A stretch of 64,000 bases of DNA from TPA_inf: Saccharomyces (lineage: Eukaryota), in the NCBI GenBank assembly GCA_000146045.2, contig BK006947.3, positions 384,001 through 448,000 of the forward strand. Reading direction: 5' to 3'. The notes under the pieces are model-generated. The model was not told where the DNA came from and searched no databases. It saw only the letters and a program-made list of their open reading frames with translations. This document shows positions 46,087-57,365 of the stretch, piece by piece. A program made the translations under genes and the position numbers. Within the stretch, counting starts at the first letter, position 1. Every line of letters begins with the position of its first letter.

Positions 46087-49000
46087 ATGTCTTCTAAAAG
46101 TGAAAAATTAGAAAAATTGAGAAAGCTGCAAGCCGCTCGAAATGGTACATCCATCGATGATTACGAAGGTGACGAATCAGATGGTGACAGAATATACGAC
46201 GAAATCGACGAAAAAGAATACAGGGCCAGAAAGCGCCAGGAATTGCTGCATGACGATTTTGTTGTAGATGACGATGGTGTAGGCTACGTCGATCGTGGTG
46301 TCGAAGAAGATTGGAGGGAAGTTGATAACAGTTCAAGTGATGAAGACACTGGAAACCTTGCTAGCAAGGATTCTAAAAGGAAGAAGAATATAAAAAGGGA
46401 GAAAGACCACCAGATTACAGATATGCTGCGAACTCAACATTCCAAATCAACACTGCTAGCACATGCAAAAAAATCCCAAAAAAAAAGTATCCCCATCGAT
46501 AATTTTGATGACATTCTTGGTGAGTTTGAATCTGGTGAAGTAGAAAAACCCAATATTTTACTGCCATCCAAATTAAGGGAAAATTTAAATTCTTCGCCGA
46601 CTAGTGAATTTAAATCGTCAATAAAGAGAGTTAACGGAAACGATGAGTCAAGTCATGATGCCGGTATTTCTAAAAAAGTCAAGATTGATCCAGATTCAAG
46701 TACTGATAAATATTTAGAAATCGAATCATCACCGTTAAAATTACAAAGCAGGAAACTGCGCTACGCAAATGATGTACAGGATTTATTGGATGATGTGGAA
46801 AATTCCCCAGTAGTAGCCACAAAGAGACAGAATGTACTTCAAGATACGTTACTAGCAAATCCACCATCCGCTCAAAGTTTGGCTGATGAAGAAGATGATG
46901 AAGATAGTGATGAAGATATTATTCTGAAAAGAAGAACTATGAGAAGTGTGACAACAACTAGACGCGTGAATATAGACTCAAGAAGTAACCCTTCAACTTC
47001 ACCGTTTGTCACAGCACCCGGAACGCCAATCGGTATTAAAGGACTAACTCCAAGTAAATCTTTGCAGAGCAACACCGATGTTGCTACACTTGCGGTTAAT
47101 GTCAAAAAGGAAGATGTGGTAGATCCGGAAACTGATACTTTCCAAATGTTTTGGTTGGATTACTGTGAAGTGAACAACACTTTGATTTTATTTGGTAAGG
47201 TTAAACTAAAGGATGATAATTGTGTGTCAGCCATGGTTCAAATCAACGGTCTCTGTAGAGAGCTATTTTTCCTTCCAAGAGAGGGTAAAACACCTACCGA
47301 TATACACGAGGAAATAATTCCGTTACTGATGGATAAATATGGACTGGATAATATCCGCGCTAAACCTCAAAAAATGAAATATTCGTTTGAGCTTCCTGAC
47401 ATTCCATCTGAAAGTGATTATTTGAAAGTCTTACTTCCATACCAAACACCGAAGTCCAGTCGAGACACCATTCCATCGGATTTATCTAGCGATACCTTTT
47501 ATCATGTTTTTGGTGGGAATTCCAATATTTTTGAAAGTTTTGTTATTCAAAATAGGATTATGGGACCATGCTGGTTAGATATAAAGGGAGCAGATTTCAA
47601 TTCAATTCGTAATGCTTCTCACTGTGCGGTTGAAGTTTCGGTAGATAAGCCTCAGAATATCACGCCTACTACAACAAAGACAATGCCTAATCTGAGATGT
47701 CTATCTTTATCGATTCAGACGTTAATGAATCCCAAGGAAAATAAGCAAGAGATTGTTTCGATAACGTTATCAGCATATAGAAATATCTCGTTGGATTCAC
47801 CGATACCTGAAAATATAAAACCAGACGACTTGTGTACTTTAGTAAGGCCGCCTCAGTCAACTAGTTTCCCATTAGGTTTAGCTGCACTGGCAAAACAGAA
47901 ACTACCCGGTAGAGTCAGGTTGTTCAACAACGAAAAGGCCATGCTATCTTGTTTTTGTGCTATGTTAAAAGTGGAAGACCCAGATGTTATCATAGGCCAT
48001 CGTTTGCAAAATGTCTACTTAGATGTTTTAGCTCATAGAATGCATGATCTCAACATTCCAACGTTCAGCTCTATTGGCCGTCGTTTAAGAAGGACTTGGC
48101 CTGAAAAATTCGGTAGAGGAAATTCGAATATGAACCATTTTTTTATTAGTGACATTTGCTCTGGTAGGCTGATATGTGATATCGCCAATGAAATGGGTCA
48201 ATCATTAACACCCAAATGTCAAAGTTGGGATCTTTCAGAGATGTATCAAGTTACATGTGAAAAGGAGCATAAGCCGTTAGATATTGATTATCAAAATCCA
48301 CAATACCAAAATGATGTAAATAGTATGACAATGGCCCTACAAGAGAATATTACTAATTGTATGATTTCTGCTGAGGTGTCTTATAGAATTCAATTATTAA
48401 CCTTGACTAAACAGTTGACAAATTTGGCTGGTAATGCATGGGCCCAAACGCTAGGCGGTACAAGAGCTGGTAGAAATGAGTATATCTTACTACATGAATT
48501 TTCAAGAAATGGTTTTATTGTTCCTGACAAAGAAGGCAATAGAAGTAGAGCTCAGAAACAAAGACAAAATGAAGAAAATGCTGATGCACCAGTTAATTCT
48601 AAAAAGGCAAAATATCAGGGTGGTTTAGTTTTTGAACCTGAGAAAGGTCTTCATAAGAATTACGTTTTAGTCATGGACTTTAATTCTTTGTATCCATCTA
48701 TTATCCAGGAATTTAATATATGTTTTACCACCGTTGATAGAAATAAGGAAGATATCGATGAGTTACCAAGCGTACCTCCTTCAGAGGTGGATCAGGGTGT
48801 TTTACCAAGGTTATTAGCTAATCTGGTGGATCGTCGACGTGAAGTTAAGAAGGTGATGAAAACTGAAACTGATCCCCATAAGCGAGTTCAATGTGATATT
48901 CGTCAACAAGCTCTAAAATTGACTGCCAATTCTATGTATGGTTGTTTGGGTTATGTTAACAGTAGATTTTACGCAAAGCCGCTCGCCATGTTAGTCACTA

Positions 49001-50493
49001 ATAAGGGTCGTGAGATTTTAATGAATACAAGACAACTAGCTGAAAGTATGAATCTTCTTGTAGTTTATGGTGATACAGATTCGGTCATGATAGATACCGG
49101 TTGTGATAATTATGCGGATGCAATTAAAATTGGCTTGGGATTTAAAAGGCTAGTAAATGAGCGCTATAGATTATTGGAGATTGATATTGATAATGTTTTT
49201 AAGAAGTTACTATTACATGCCAAGAAAAAGTACGCTGCTTTGACTGTAAATTTGGACAAAAATGGTAATGGAACTACTGTTCTAGAAGTTAAAGGGTTGG
49301 ACATGAAGCGTCGTGAATTTTGTCCACTTTCGAGGGACGTTTCTATACATGTTTTAAACACCATCCTGTCAGATAAGGACCCAGAAGAAGCATTGCAAGA
49401 AGTGTATGATTACTTAGAAGACATCAGAATAAAAGTGGAAACCAATAACATTAGAATTGATAAATATAAGATCAATATGAAGCTTTCAAAAGATCCCAAG
49501 GCCTACCCAGGTGGTAAAAACATGCCTGCAGTCCAAGTAGCTCTAAGAATGCGTAAGGCTGGTAGAGTTGTTAAAGCTGGCTCTGTCATCACTTTTGTGA
49601 TCACAAAGCAGGATGAAATAGACAATGCAGCGGATACGCCGGCTCTTTCTGTGGCTGAACGTGCCCATGCATTGAATGAGGTAATGATTAAAAGTAACAA
49701 TTTGATACCTGATCCACAATATTATCTCGAGAAACAAATATTCGCGCCGGTAGAAAGGTTGTTAGAAAGAATTGATAGCTTCAACGTGGTGCGTTTGAGT
49801 GAAGCGCTTGGTTTAGATAGTAAAAAGTATTTTAGAAGAGAGGGCGGTAATAACAATGGAGAAGATATTAATAATTTGCAACCCTTAGAAACAACAATTA
49901 CAGACGTTGAAAGGTTTAAGGATACTGTAACATTAGAATTAAGTTGCCCATCATGCGATAAAAGGTTTCCATTTGGTGGTATTGTATCTTCAAATTACTA
50001 TCGCGTGTCATATAATGGTTTACAGTGCAAGCATTGTGAGCAACTTTTTACTCCTCTTCAATTAACTAGCCAAATAGAGCATTCTATAAGGGCACACATT
50101 TCCTTATATTACGCAGGGTGGTTACAGTGTGATGACAGCACATGCGGTATAGTTACAAGACAAGTCTCCGTTTTTGGTAAGCGTTGTTTGAATGACGGCT
50201 GCACGGGTGTCATGAGATACAAATACAGTGACAAGCAATTGTACAATCAACTTTTATATTTCGATTCTTTATTCGATTGTGAAAAAAATAAAAAGCAAGA
50301 ATTGAAGCCAATATATCTACCCGATGATCTCGACTACCCCAAGGAACAGCTGACAGAATCATCTATTAAGGCTTTAACAGAACAAAACAGAGAACTAATG
50401 GAAACCGGCCGGAGCGTTGTTCAAAAATATTTGAACGATTGTGGACGTCGCTACGTTGATATGACTAGCATATTTGATTTCATGCTAAATTAG
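46087..50493 (+). CDS. POL1: POL1 (YNL102W), DNA polymerase alpha catalytic subunit, 1468 aa
   Basis: B-family polymerase motifs DFNSLYPSII and YGDTDS are present with C-terminal Cys clusters. Length is exact. Confidence 0.9.
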   Translation: MSSKSEKLEKLRKLQAARNGTSIDDYEGDESDGDRIYDEIDEKEYRARKRQELLHDDFVVDDDGVGYVDRGVEEDWREVDNSSSDEDTGNLASKDSKRKKNIKREKDHQITDMLRTQHSKSTLLAHAKKSQKKSIPIDNFDDILGEFESGEVEKPNILLPSKLRENLNSSPTSEFKSSIKRVNGNDESSHDAGISKKVKIDPDSSTDKYLEIESSPLKLQSRKLRYANDVQDLLDDVENSPVVATKRQNVLQDTLLANPPSAQSLADEEDDEDSDEDIILKRRTMRSVTTTRRVNIDSRSNPSTSPFVTAPGTPIGIKGLTPSKSLQSNTDVATLAVNVKKEDVVDPETDTFQMFWLDYCEVNNTLILFGKVKLKDDNCVSAMVQINGLCRELFFLPREGKTPTDIHEEIIPLLMDKYGLDNIRAKPQKMKYSFELPDIPSESDYLKVLLPYQTPKSSRDTIPSDLSSDTFYHVFGGNSNIFESFVIQNRIMGPCWLDIKGADFNSIRNASHCAVEVSVDKPQNITPTTTKTMPNLRCLSLSIQTLMNPKENKQEIVSITLSAYRNISLDSPIPENIKPDDLCTLVRPPQSTSFPLGLAALAKQKLPGRVRLFNNEKAMLSCFCAMLKVEDPDVIIGHRLQNVYLDVLAHRMHDLNIPTFSSIGRRLRRTWPEKFGRGNSNMNHFFISDICSGRLICDIANEMGQSLTPKCQSWDLSEMYQVTCEKEHKPLDIDYQNPQYQNDVNSMTMALQENITNCMISAEVSYRIQLLTLTKQLTNLAGNAWAQTLGGTRAGRNEYILLHEFSRNGFIVPDKEGNRSRAQKQRQNEENADAPVNSKKAKYQGGLVFEPEKGLHKNYVLVMDFNSLYPSIIQEFNICFTTVDRNKEDIDELPSVPPSEVDQGVLPRLLANLVDRRREVKKVMKTETDPHKRVQCDIRQQALKLTANSMYGCLGYVNSRFYAKPLAMLVTNKGREILMNTRQLAESMNLLVVYGDTDSVMIDTGCDNYADAIKIGLGFKRLVNERYRLLEIDIDNVFKKLLLHAKKKYAALTVNLDKNGNGTTVLEVKGLDMKRREFCPLSRDVSIHVLNTILSDKDPEEALQEVYDYLEDIRIKVETNNIRIDKYKINMKLSKDPKAYPGGKNMPAVQVALRMRKAGRVVKAGSVITFVITKQDEIDNAADTPALSVAERAHALNEVMIKSNNLIPDPQYYLEKQIFAPVERLLERIDSFNVVRLSEALGLDSKKYFRREGGNNNGEDINNLQPLETTITDVERFKDTVTLELSCPSCDKRFPFGGIVSSNYYRVSYNGLQCKHCEQLFTPLQLTSQIEHSIRAHISLYYAGWLQCDDSTCGIVTRQVSVFGKRCLNDGCTGVMRYKYSDKQLYNQLLYFDSLFDCEKNKKQELKPIYLPDDLDYPKEQLTESSIKALTEQNRELMETGRSVVQKYLNDCGRRYVDMTSIFDFMLN

Positions 50494-50998
50494 GTAAGTA
50501 TTTTGTATGTGTTGTGTGATCTCATGAATATTCTATATAGTAAGAAAAGAATACAACTGTACATACGCATCCTACTAGATACCTAATGTACAGACATCGG
50601 AAGGAGCGCTAGGAAGCTTTTATTATTGAAGGTTTTCAGCGATATTCTGAGAATGTTTTTTCGGCTCTGGTGATCAGTTCTCACATGCATCATCCTTTAA
50701 TAAACCCATGCATTAAGATTCGCCTTATCAGCAAGATCAGATAAGCGAACAGCTTCATCAATGAAATAGAATGCTTAAATCTTGTGAAGCACTGTCATAA
50801 GCCAGTTTGATAAAAGCAATACCCACAATATAGTTGGATATCATTTACCTTGATCTGCTCTTGCTTTCGAGGTGACATAGCATTTTTAGCCATCTGATTC
50901 CTTAGGTTCAAAGGCACTCATCATTCCTCCTCTAAAACACATTTCAACGTCATTCATAATCTGGAATCAACATAACAATATCCTAGAACACATCATCA

Positions 50999-53140
50999 AT
51001 GGTCACTAACAATGGAGATGGTGAGCACCTTGGGATCCGAAGAAACGGAAATTTAAGGCATCCTTCCAATAATATGAAAATTCCCAGAAGGGCTCAATCA
51101 ACAGTTCTCAATTCAAACCCATTTTATAGTAGGAAGTATTCTATGTCTACCTTAACGCCGAGGGATATATGTCGAAGCGTTGATTCTAGAGTATTTGTGG
51201 ATATGTCTTCTCCCAATTTTCAGACTCTGGAGGATCCCCACAGAGATGAGATTATAAACAGTGTACGGCTTAACTACTTGAACAGTAGCAAAAGAAGTTC
51301 CGTCTCTCATGGAAATGAAGCAATCCCTAGGGTTAATCCGACTAAGAATTCTTCAGCAAGTACCATAGCTGCAGCAAATGTTGATAGTGATGACGATGAG
51401 ACTAACCTGAGTAGCGCTGGAGGCGACATAACGCATGATATTTACAAGTTGGTTAAAGCAGAGGATCCTAAACGGCTCAGACGCCCTCGGTCCATGGAAA
51501 ATGTAACACCTAAAATTGAGCACCATACTAAATTGTCATCAGCAAGTGGTTTAAATGTCCCCGGTGGCTTCAGAAGGGAATTTATTGTCAACAAAAAAAG
51601 GCAAGAACATCAATTAAATGATTCCGCTAGCTCAGACTTCACTTCGCATGAAAGCGATTCGATTAACCAGTCATCTCCATCTTCTAACCAAGATATCGAT
51701 AAGGTCCCCTTTTTAACAAGAAACTTTTTGGAATTTCTATACGTGTTTGGACATTTTGCTGGTGAATCCTTCGAGGATGATTTTATCCCTGATAGCTCAA
51801 ACATGATGATACGCGGAGAAGATGAAAGGAGTGCATTGCTGTCTCGGCCTGACCATATGAAAGTATTACCTTCAGCCAAAGGTACGACTTCGACAAAGAA
51901 GGTTTTTTTGATATTGCTTAAATCTTTCATTGGAACTGGCGTTTTATTTTTACCTAATGCCTTTCATAATGGTGGTTTGTTTTTCTCAGTAAGTATGCTG
52001 GCCTTTTTTGGAATTTATTCATACTGGTGTTACTACATATTGGTGCAGGCCAAATCTTCATGCGGTGTATCCTCCTTTGGTGATATTGGTTTAAAACTGT
52101 ATGGACCTTGGATGAGAATAATAATTCTTTTCTCCCTAGTAATAACTCAAGTTGGATTCTCTGGAGCTTATATGATATTTACTGCAAAAAATTTACAAGC
52201 TTTTCTTGATAACGTATTCCATGTGGGCGTCCTACCTTTATCTTACCTGATGGTCTTTCAAACGATCATTTTTATTCCACTTTCGTTTATTAGAAACATT
52301 TCGAAATTGTCACTACCATCTTTACTAGCAAATTTTTTCATCATGGCTGGTTTAGTCATTGTCATTATTTTTACAGCCAAAAGGTTGTTTTTTGACCTGA
52401 TGGGGACCCCAGCAATGGGTGTCGTCTATGGCTTAAATGCAGACCGTTGGACGCTGTTTATCGGGACGGCAATATTTGCTTTCGAAGGAATCGGGTTAAT
52501 TATTCCTGTTCAAGACTCAATGAGAAATCCTGAAAAATTTCCTTTAGTACTTGCTTTGGTGATTCTAACGGCAACCATACTTTTCATTTCCATAGCTACA
52601 TTGGGATATTTGGCATACGGCTCAAATGTTCAAACGGTTATACTGTTGAACTTACCTCAAAGTAACATTTTTGTAAACTTAATCCAGCTGTTCTATTCCA
52701 TCGCAATTATGTTGTCCACACCTTTGCAGTTGTTTCCAGCTATTAAAATTATTGAAAATAAGTTTTTTCCAAAGTTCACTAAAATATATGTCAAGCACGA
52801 TGATCTAACAACAAGAGTCGAATTACGTCCTAATTCAGGAAAGCTGAACTGGAAAATTAAATGGCTGAAGAACTTTATTCGTTCTATAATCGTAATCATT
52901 GTTGTATCAATTGCTTACTTTGGGTCTGATAATTTAGACAAGTTCGTTTCAGTTATAGGATCCCTCGCCTGTATTCCTTTGGTATATATATACCCATCGA
53001 TGCTGCATTTACGGGGCAATAGCCTTCCAGAGACTAAAGGGGAATTTTGGAGATTCAAACCAATGTTAGATACCATTTTAATTTTCTTCGGTATTGCAAG
53101 CATGCTTTATACGTCTTACCAGAGTATATTCGGTGTCTAG
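50999..53140 (+). CDS. AVT4: AVT4 (YNL101W), vacuolar amino-acid transporter (Aa_trans family), 713 aa
   Basis: A hydrophilic N-terminus of about 290 aa is followed by about 11 transmembrane segments. Confidence 0.8.
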   Translation: MVTNNGDGEHLGIRRNGNLRHPSNNMKIPRRAQSTVLNSNPFYSRKYSMSTLTPRDICRSVDSRVFVDMSSPNFQTLEDPHRDEIINSVRLNYLNSSKRSSVSHGNEAIPRVNPTKNSSASTIAAANVDSDDDETNLSSAGGDITHDIYKLVKAEDPKRLRRPRSMENVTPKIEHHTKLSSASGLNVPGGFRREFIVNKKRQEHQLNDSASSDFTSHESDSINQSSPSSNQDIDKVPFLTRNFLEFLYVFGHFAGESFEDDFIPDSSNMMIRGEDERSALLSRPDHMKVLPSAKGTTSTKKVFLILLKSFIGTGVLFLPNAFHNGGLFFSVSMLAFFGIYSYWCYYILVQAKSSCGVSSFGDIGLKLYGPWMRIIILFSLVITQVGFSGAYMIFTAKNLQAFLDNVFHVGVLPLSYLMVFQTIIFIPLSFIRNISKLSLPSLLANFFIMAGLVIVIIFTAKRLFFDLMGTPAMGVVYGLNADRWTLFIGTAIFAFEGIGLIIPVQDSMRNPEKFPLVLALVILTATILFISIATLGYLAYGSNVQTVILLNLPQSNIFVNLIQLFYSIAIMLSTPLQLFPAIKIIENKFFPKFTKIYVKHDDLTTRVELRPNSGKLNWKIKWLKNFIRSIIVIIVVSIAYFGSDNLDKFVSVIGSLACIPLVYIYPSMLHLRGNSLPETKGEFWRFKPMLDTILIFFGIASMLYTSYQSIFGV

Positions 53141-53612
53141 ACGATATATGTTGTTGCTTCATAAAGAATTTATTTGGAATCGAGGAACACTATTTTGCCA
53201 TTGTCGCCATTGACAGCTTGCAGTTGCAAACGTCTTCTTAATTCACTTTATATAAACAAGGACCGCCAGGTCACAGTATTATTCGCACGAAATTATGTAG
53301 TAGGTAAAAAACACTAAAAGCATTACCCCTATATTGTTATTTAATGTTCCATCTACGATTAGTAGGTGGTGAGCATGTCTGAATATACACAATTTCATAT
53401 TTATTATCAAGTTCAAGATTGCCAGAATTTTATTTTTTTTTCCAATCTGCGAATAAGCTTGATCCGATTACTCCGCTTAATGCCCCGACAACCTGAGAAC
53501 TTTTAAACATATCAAGGAGTAGAGTGGGATTAATGACAATGTGATAGTTTCATAATTAAAGTAAGCAGTCAAAGACAGAAGCAGCACACCATTTACCAAT
53601 ACAGCTTCCAAA

Positions 53613-54317
53613 ATGGTAAATTTTTATGATGACGTGGATGAGTCGAAATCACACGGTGAATTCCCATTAATACCCGTTGTGCTTCAAAATTCATCAGAGC
53701 TATCAGTCAGAACTATACCTACCGGGAATGAAATCATTGAGTCAGTGCACCTGACCAAATGGTTACGGAAATATAGAAACGCACTTGCCAGTCAACTAGA
53801 TCGTTATGAGAAGGGGTGGCAATCCAAGATAGCCAACTTTAGGCTCCAGGTCCAACATGTTATCAATTATTCGAGAAAGAATATTTTCAATGTTGATTCT
53901 GAAAATAAACATACTGTGGTCCCGGGGTCATTAATAGCGTTAGGTGCCTTTTTTGCTGGAAGCATAGCTGTGAACAGGTCTAATTGGGGAGCTAAAAGGT
54001 TGATATTTGGTCACAAATCTAGTATCCTCGAGAAACTATGTACGTCATTGCCATCTAGGATATTGTTACCATGGGTATTGGCAGCAGCTACATTCAAGTA
54101 TTGGGCTCCACAGACATCACAGAATTTGGTCAATGCCACTGAAAATGATTTACTGCCAGCTGATTTCGTCAAGTCATATCACAATACTTGGAAACGAATT
54201 TATGAGGAAGGATATGTTGCCAAGAAATGTGATTTAAAACGTCAAATCGATCAGACATTACAAAAAAATATAAGGTATGCAAGGGAACAGCTTTATGAAA
54301 AGTTGGAGCAAGCATGA
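53613..54317 (+). CDS. MIC27: MIC27 (AIM37, YNL100W), apolipoprotein-O-like subunit of the MICOS complex, 234 aa
   Basis: Length is exact and the central hydrophobic hairpin is present. Confidence 0.75.
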   Translation: MVNFYDDVDESKSHGEFPLIPVVLQNSSELSVRTIPTGNEIIESVHLTKWLRKYRNALASQLDRYEKGWQSKIANFRLQVQHVINYSRKNIFNVDSENKHTVVPGSLIALGAFFAGSIAVNRSNWGAKRLIFGHKSSILEKLCTSLPSRILLPWVLAAATFKYWAPQTSQNLVNATENDLLPADFVKSYHNTWKRIYEEGYVAKKCDLKRQIDQTLQKNIRYAREQLYEKLEQA

Positions 54318-54566
54318 TATCAAGCGGATATCTTTTTTTGTTCATTATCATGTCCATAGTAAGTATGTCCATATATAAATCGGATAATTAATATTCTATA
54401 AAATTACCCATTAAATAAATTTCATTTATTTTGAATTTCATTTCGTGTGATCTTTAGAAGTTGGTTCGCGAATGGGCCGTGCATCCTGAAACATTTCAAA
54501 CTTTAGGTAAATGGTCATAAAGCTCAGTGCTTTTTCTTTATCTTTTGCATTTTTTTTTTCTTGCCT

Positions 54567-55283
54567 CTACTCCAAAGCTGTCAGTAACCAACTTGGTGCT
54601 TTATTTTTGTCTATTTTTACTAAATTAGTGTCGAAAGCTTCTATAAGCAACTCTACAAGAATTCTACCACCTCTGCTACCAGTAAAGCGTCTATATTCTT
54701 CGGATACACTGGCTAAGTTCCAACCCATTATTCTTCTGAGACATCCAATGACTGTCCCAGTCCTATGTCTTCCCATACCACAGCACACTAGCAAGGGATA
54801 ATTCTCTTGAGTGACGATCGTTTGTAGTACATTAATTATAGAATGTTCAGTGAGACCGTCCCATGGATTATCGTCCTCACCGGCATCCGGGTTGATGGCT
54901 GCGAATTGTAAGTTTATTCTATGAGTATCACAAAACTCTAGGAGGGTATCTTGAGGTTCTTCGTTAGACAGCCATATAATTGTTTTCAGTTTTAGGTTTA
55001 GTAAAAAGGGGAAATTCACAGGTGAAGGCTGACCAGATCTATAGAGGTATCTTTCAACGGGACAGAAATTCAAAGGTGGAACGATACGTTCTTGTGGGGC
55101 ATGTGATACCAAGACCTTTTCGCGACCAGATTCTGTTTCTTCATTGATATATATATGATCATCATCGTCGTCTTCTTCCTCGTCTTCGTCTTCTACTTCT
55201 TCTTCAGGTACGGATACGTTCTCTTCTGTGAGGCGGGACTCATCCTCTGGAACGTCCTCATATTCACCAACTTTAGATGTCAT
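54567..55283 (-). CDS. OCA1: OCA1 (YNL099C), protein-tyrosine-phosphatase-like protein, 238 aa
   Basis: A CX5R motif ([10 protein letters not shown]) is present, with an acidic D/E-rich N-terminus. Confidence 0.8.
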
Positions 55284-55601
55284 TCTAAGGGGAAAGAGAA
55301 GCTTGTTATTCCAGGTGGAACACCTCTTTCTTGTGAAAATGGATGTGATTGATGACTCTCTGCAATGTCCAATTTTATGTTATAGCGATGTTGTTTGTTT
55401 TTTCCTTTACCCGGCAACCATATGATATTGCCCAAAGTTTCCAATGTTAACAAGAATGAAACGGAAATAGCAAATGGCAATAAGCAATATAAAAACAGTC
55501 ACTTTTTTATTTACTTTTGTATATATTTATAAATGTGTGTACTCGTTTCAACTTTATAGAGTTCTTTTCGTCTTAGCGTTTCTACAACTATTTCCTTTTT
55601 A

Positions 55602-56570
55602 TTAACTTATAATACAACAGCCACCCGATCCGCTCTTGGAGGCTTCACTGGTGTTACCGCCGGGTGCAGCTTGCTGCTTCCTAGCCTGTTTAGCATTTGA
55701 AACTTGACCGGCCTTACTATTATTATTTACACGATTATTAACCGTATTAGCGCTTTGAGCGTTGGCCTGACCAGCTTGGCCCGTGGAATTGTCTATATTG
55801 GTGCGATCAGTTTGTGTCTTACCATTTGTCGCCTGGTTGCCTGCCAACCCTGTCTTACTCTCTATGCTTGCATTCCTGGCATTCACGACAGTTGTGCTAC
55901 TGTTCACATTTTTACCGTTGGCAGCATTGCTCATCTTCCTGTGGCCACCGCTATTTCTAGGCACAGAGTTGGCACCGCTCCCTTTTGTATCTTGAGAAGT
56001 TTGCTTGGAGTTGTCATTTTCCGTCAAAGTCTTGTTGTACTTGCCGCCTTCGTCTCTAACTAAACGTGCTAGAGTGTAAAACGCCTCTTCCACGTTGATT
56101 GCTTGCTTAGCAGATGTCTCCAAGAAAGGAGCGTTCATTTGCTTTGCCATGTTCAACCCGTCCTGGTAAGAGACCTGTTTTTCGTTTTCTAAATCAGATT
56201 TGTTACCAACAACCACAATTGGAACATAGTCGGTATCTTTGACTCTCAATATCTGTTGATAGTAAGTCATAAGCTCATCAAGAGACGACTTGGACGTTAT
56301 AGAGTAAACCAATAGGAATCCTTCGCCGTTGCGCATGTATTGTTCCCTCATAGCAGAGTATTCTTCCTGCCCTGCAGTATCCAAAATGTCCAATATAGAC
56401 ACTTCATCATCAATCACCACTTGCTTCCTGTATGAATCCTCAATTGTGGGATCGTATTCATCTACAAAGTGCGATTGGGTCAATTGTATGGTCAAAGCAG
56501 ATTTACCAACACCACCACCACCAACGACGACTAGCTTGTACTCTCTTATGTTCGACTTGTTCAAAGGCAT
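55602..56570 (-). CDS. RAS2: RAS2 (YNL098C), Ras GTPase, 322 aa
   Basis: The G1 box (GGGGVGKS), DTAGQE, NKSD and a C-terminal CCIIS CaaX box are present, with an N-rich hypervariable region. Confidence 0.9.
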
Positions 56571-56992
56571 TTTTTTTTCTGTATATCTCCTTTCAATTCG
56601 AAAACGGTTAACTTGGTTTTTTTATCCGTAATTCTCTCGTATCTTTCTGCTCAAGTAATTTTCTCCTAGTTGATTAATATAGTGCAGAAGAGTCAGATAA
56701 AGAGTGGATGAATAAAATGGAAAAAAAACAAAAGCCGGATTGCGTTACGCTTGAAATGAGCGATTCTAGGCGATAAGAGAAGACAACGGCTAAAACTTAA
56801 GATGTTGGGGTACTATAAATGTTTACCCAGATTTTCGGTAGAAATGTTTGCTGATGTGAACCTTGTTTCCCGTTTTCCCAGATCCCCTTATTCCAGCTTT
56901 GTTTCGTCTTTGCTGTCATGTTCCGTTTAATTTCTGAAGGCCTGCCTAGCTTCACCGTCCTAAATGTCACGCTCCAGGCAGAGACATGGCGC

Positions 56993-57041
56993 AGGGGCGA
57001 GGCCAGGGGCAAAGGGGTCAGGCAGGAACCTCCAAGGGGGG
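56993..57041. promoter_or_regulatory. Four AGGGG motifs (the STRE CCCCT on the other strand) made of four G4-G6 runs, 425-470 bp upstream of RAS2
   Basis: G-runs are at 56994-56997, 57006-57009, 57014-57017 and 57036-57041. Such G-rich islands are unusual in the AT-rich intergenic DNA of yeast. Confidence 0.4.
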
Positions 57042-57268
57042 CGAGGTGAATGAAAAGGTCCTTCTGAATAAAAAGCCTAAGCGATTAGCCACACCACCCA
57101 CTGTACGGCGATTAGACTGAGCTGCTGGCGCTGCTACGCCGTGACAAGTCATTTCATCATTTATTACGTTTTATCGTGCCGTCATCACCATCGATTTGAA
57201 TATTTTATCTAGACCGGTAGGGCCCAAGTATCTTGCAGATCCATTGATACGGCCACGCCCGTTAAAAC

Positions 57269-57310
57269 GCTAAGATATATATATATGTAGCTAAGATATA
57301 TATATATGTA
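57269..57310. repeat. A tandem duplication of the 21-bp unit GCTAAGATATATATATATGTA, which contains (TA)n, in the PHO23 3' flank
   Basis: Read directly from the sequence. Confidence 0.85.
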
Positions 57311-57365
57311 TATATTCGGTATTTAGTAGATATTTCCTTAAGGCGATATTCGCCCGAGAGCTATT

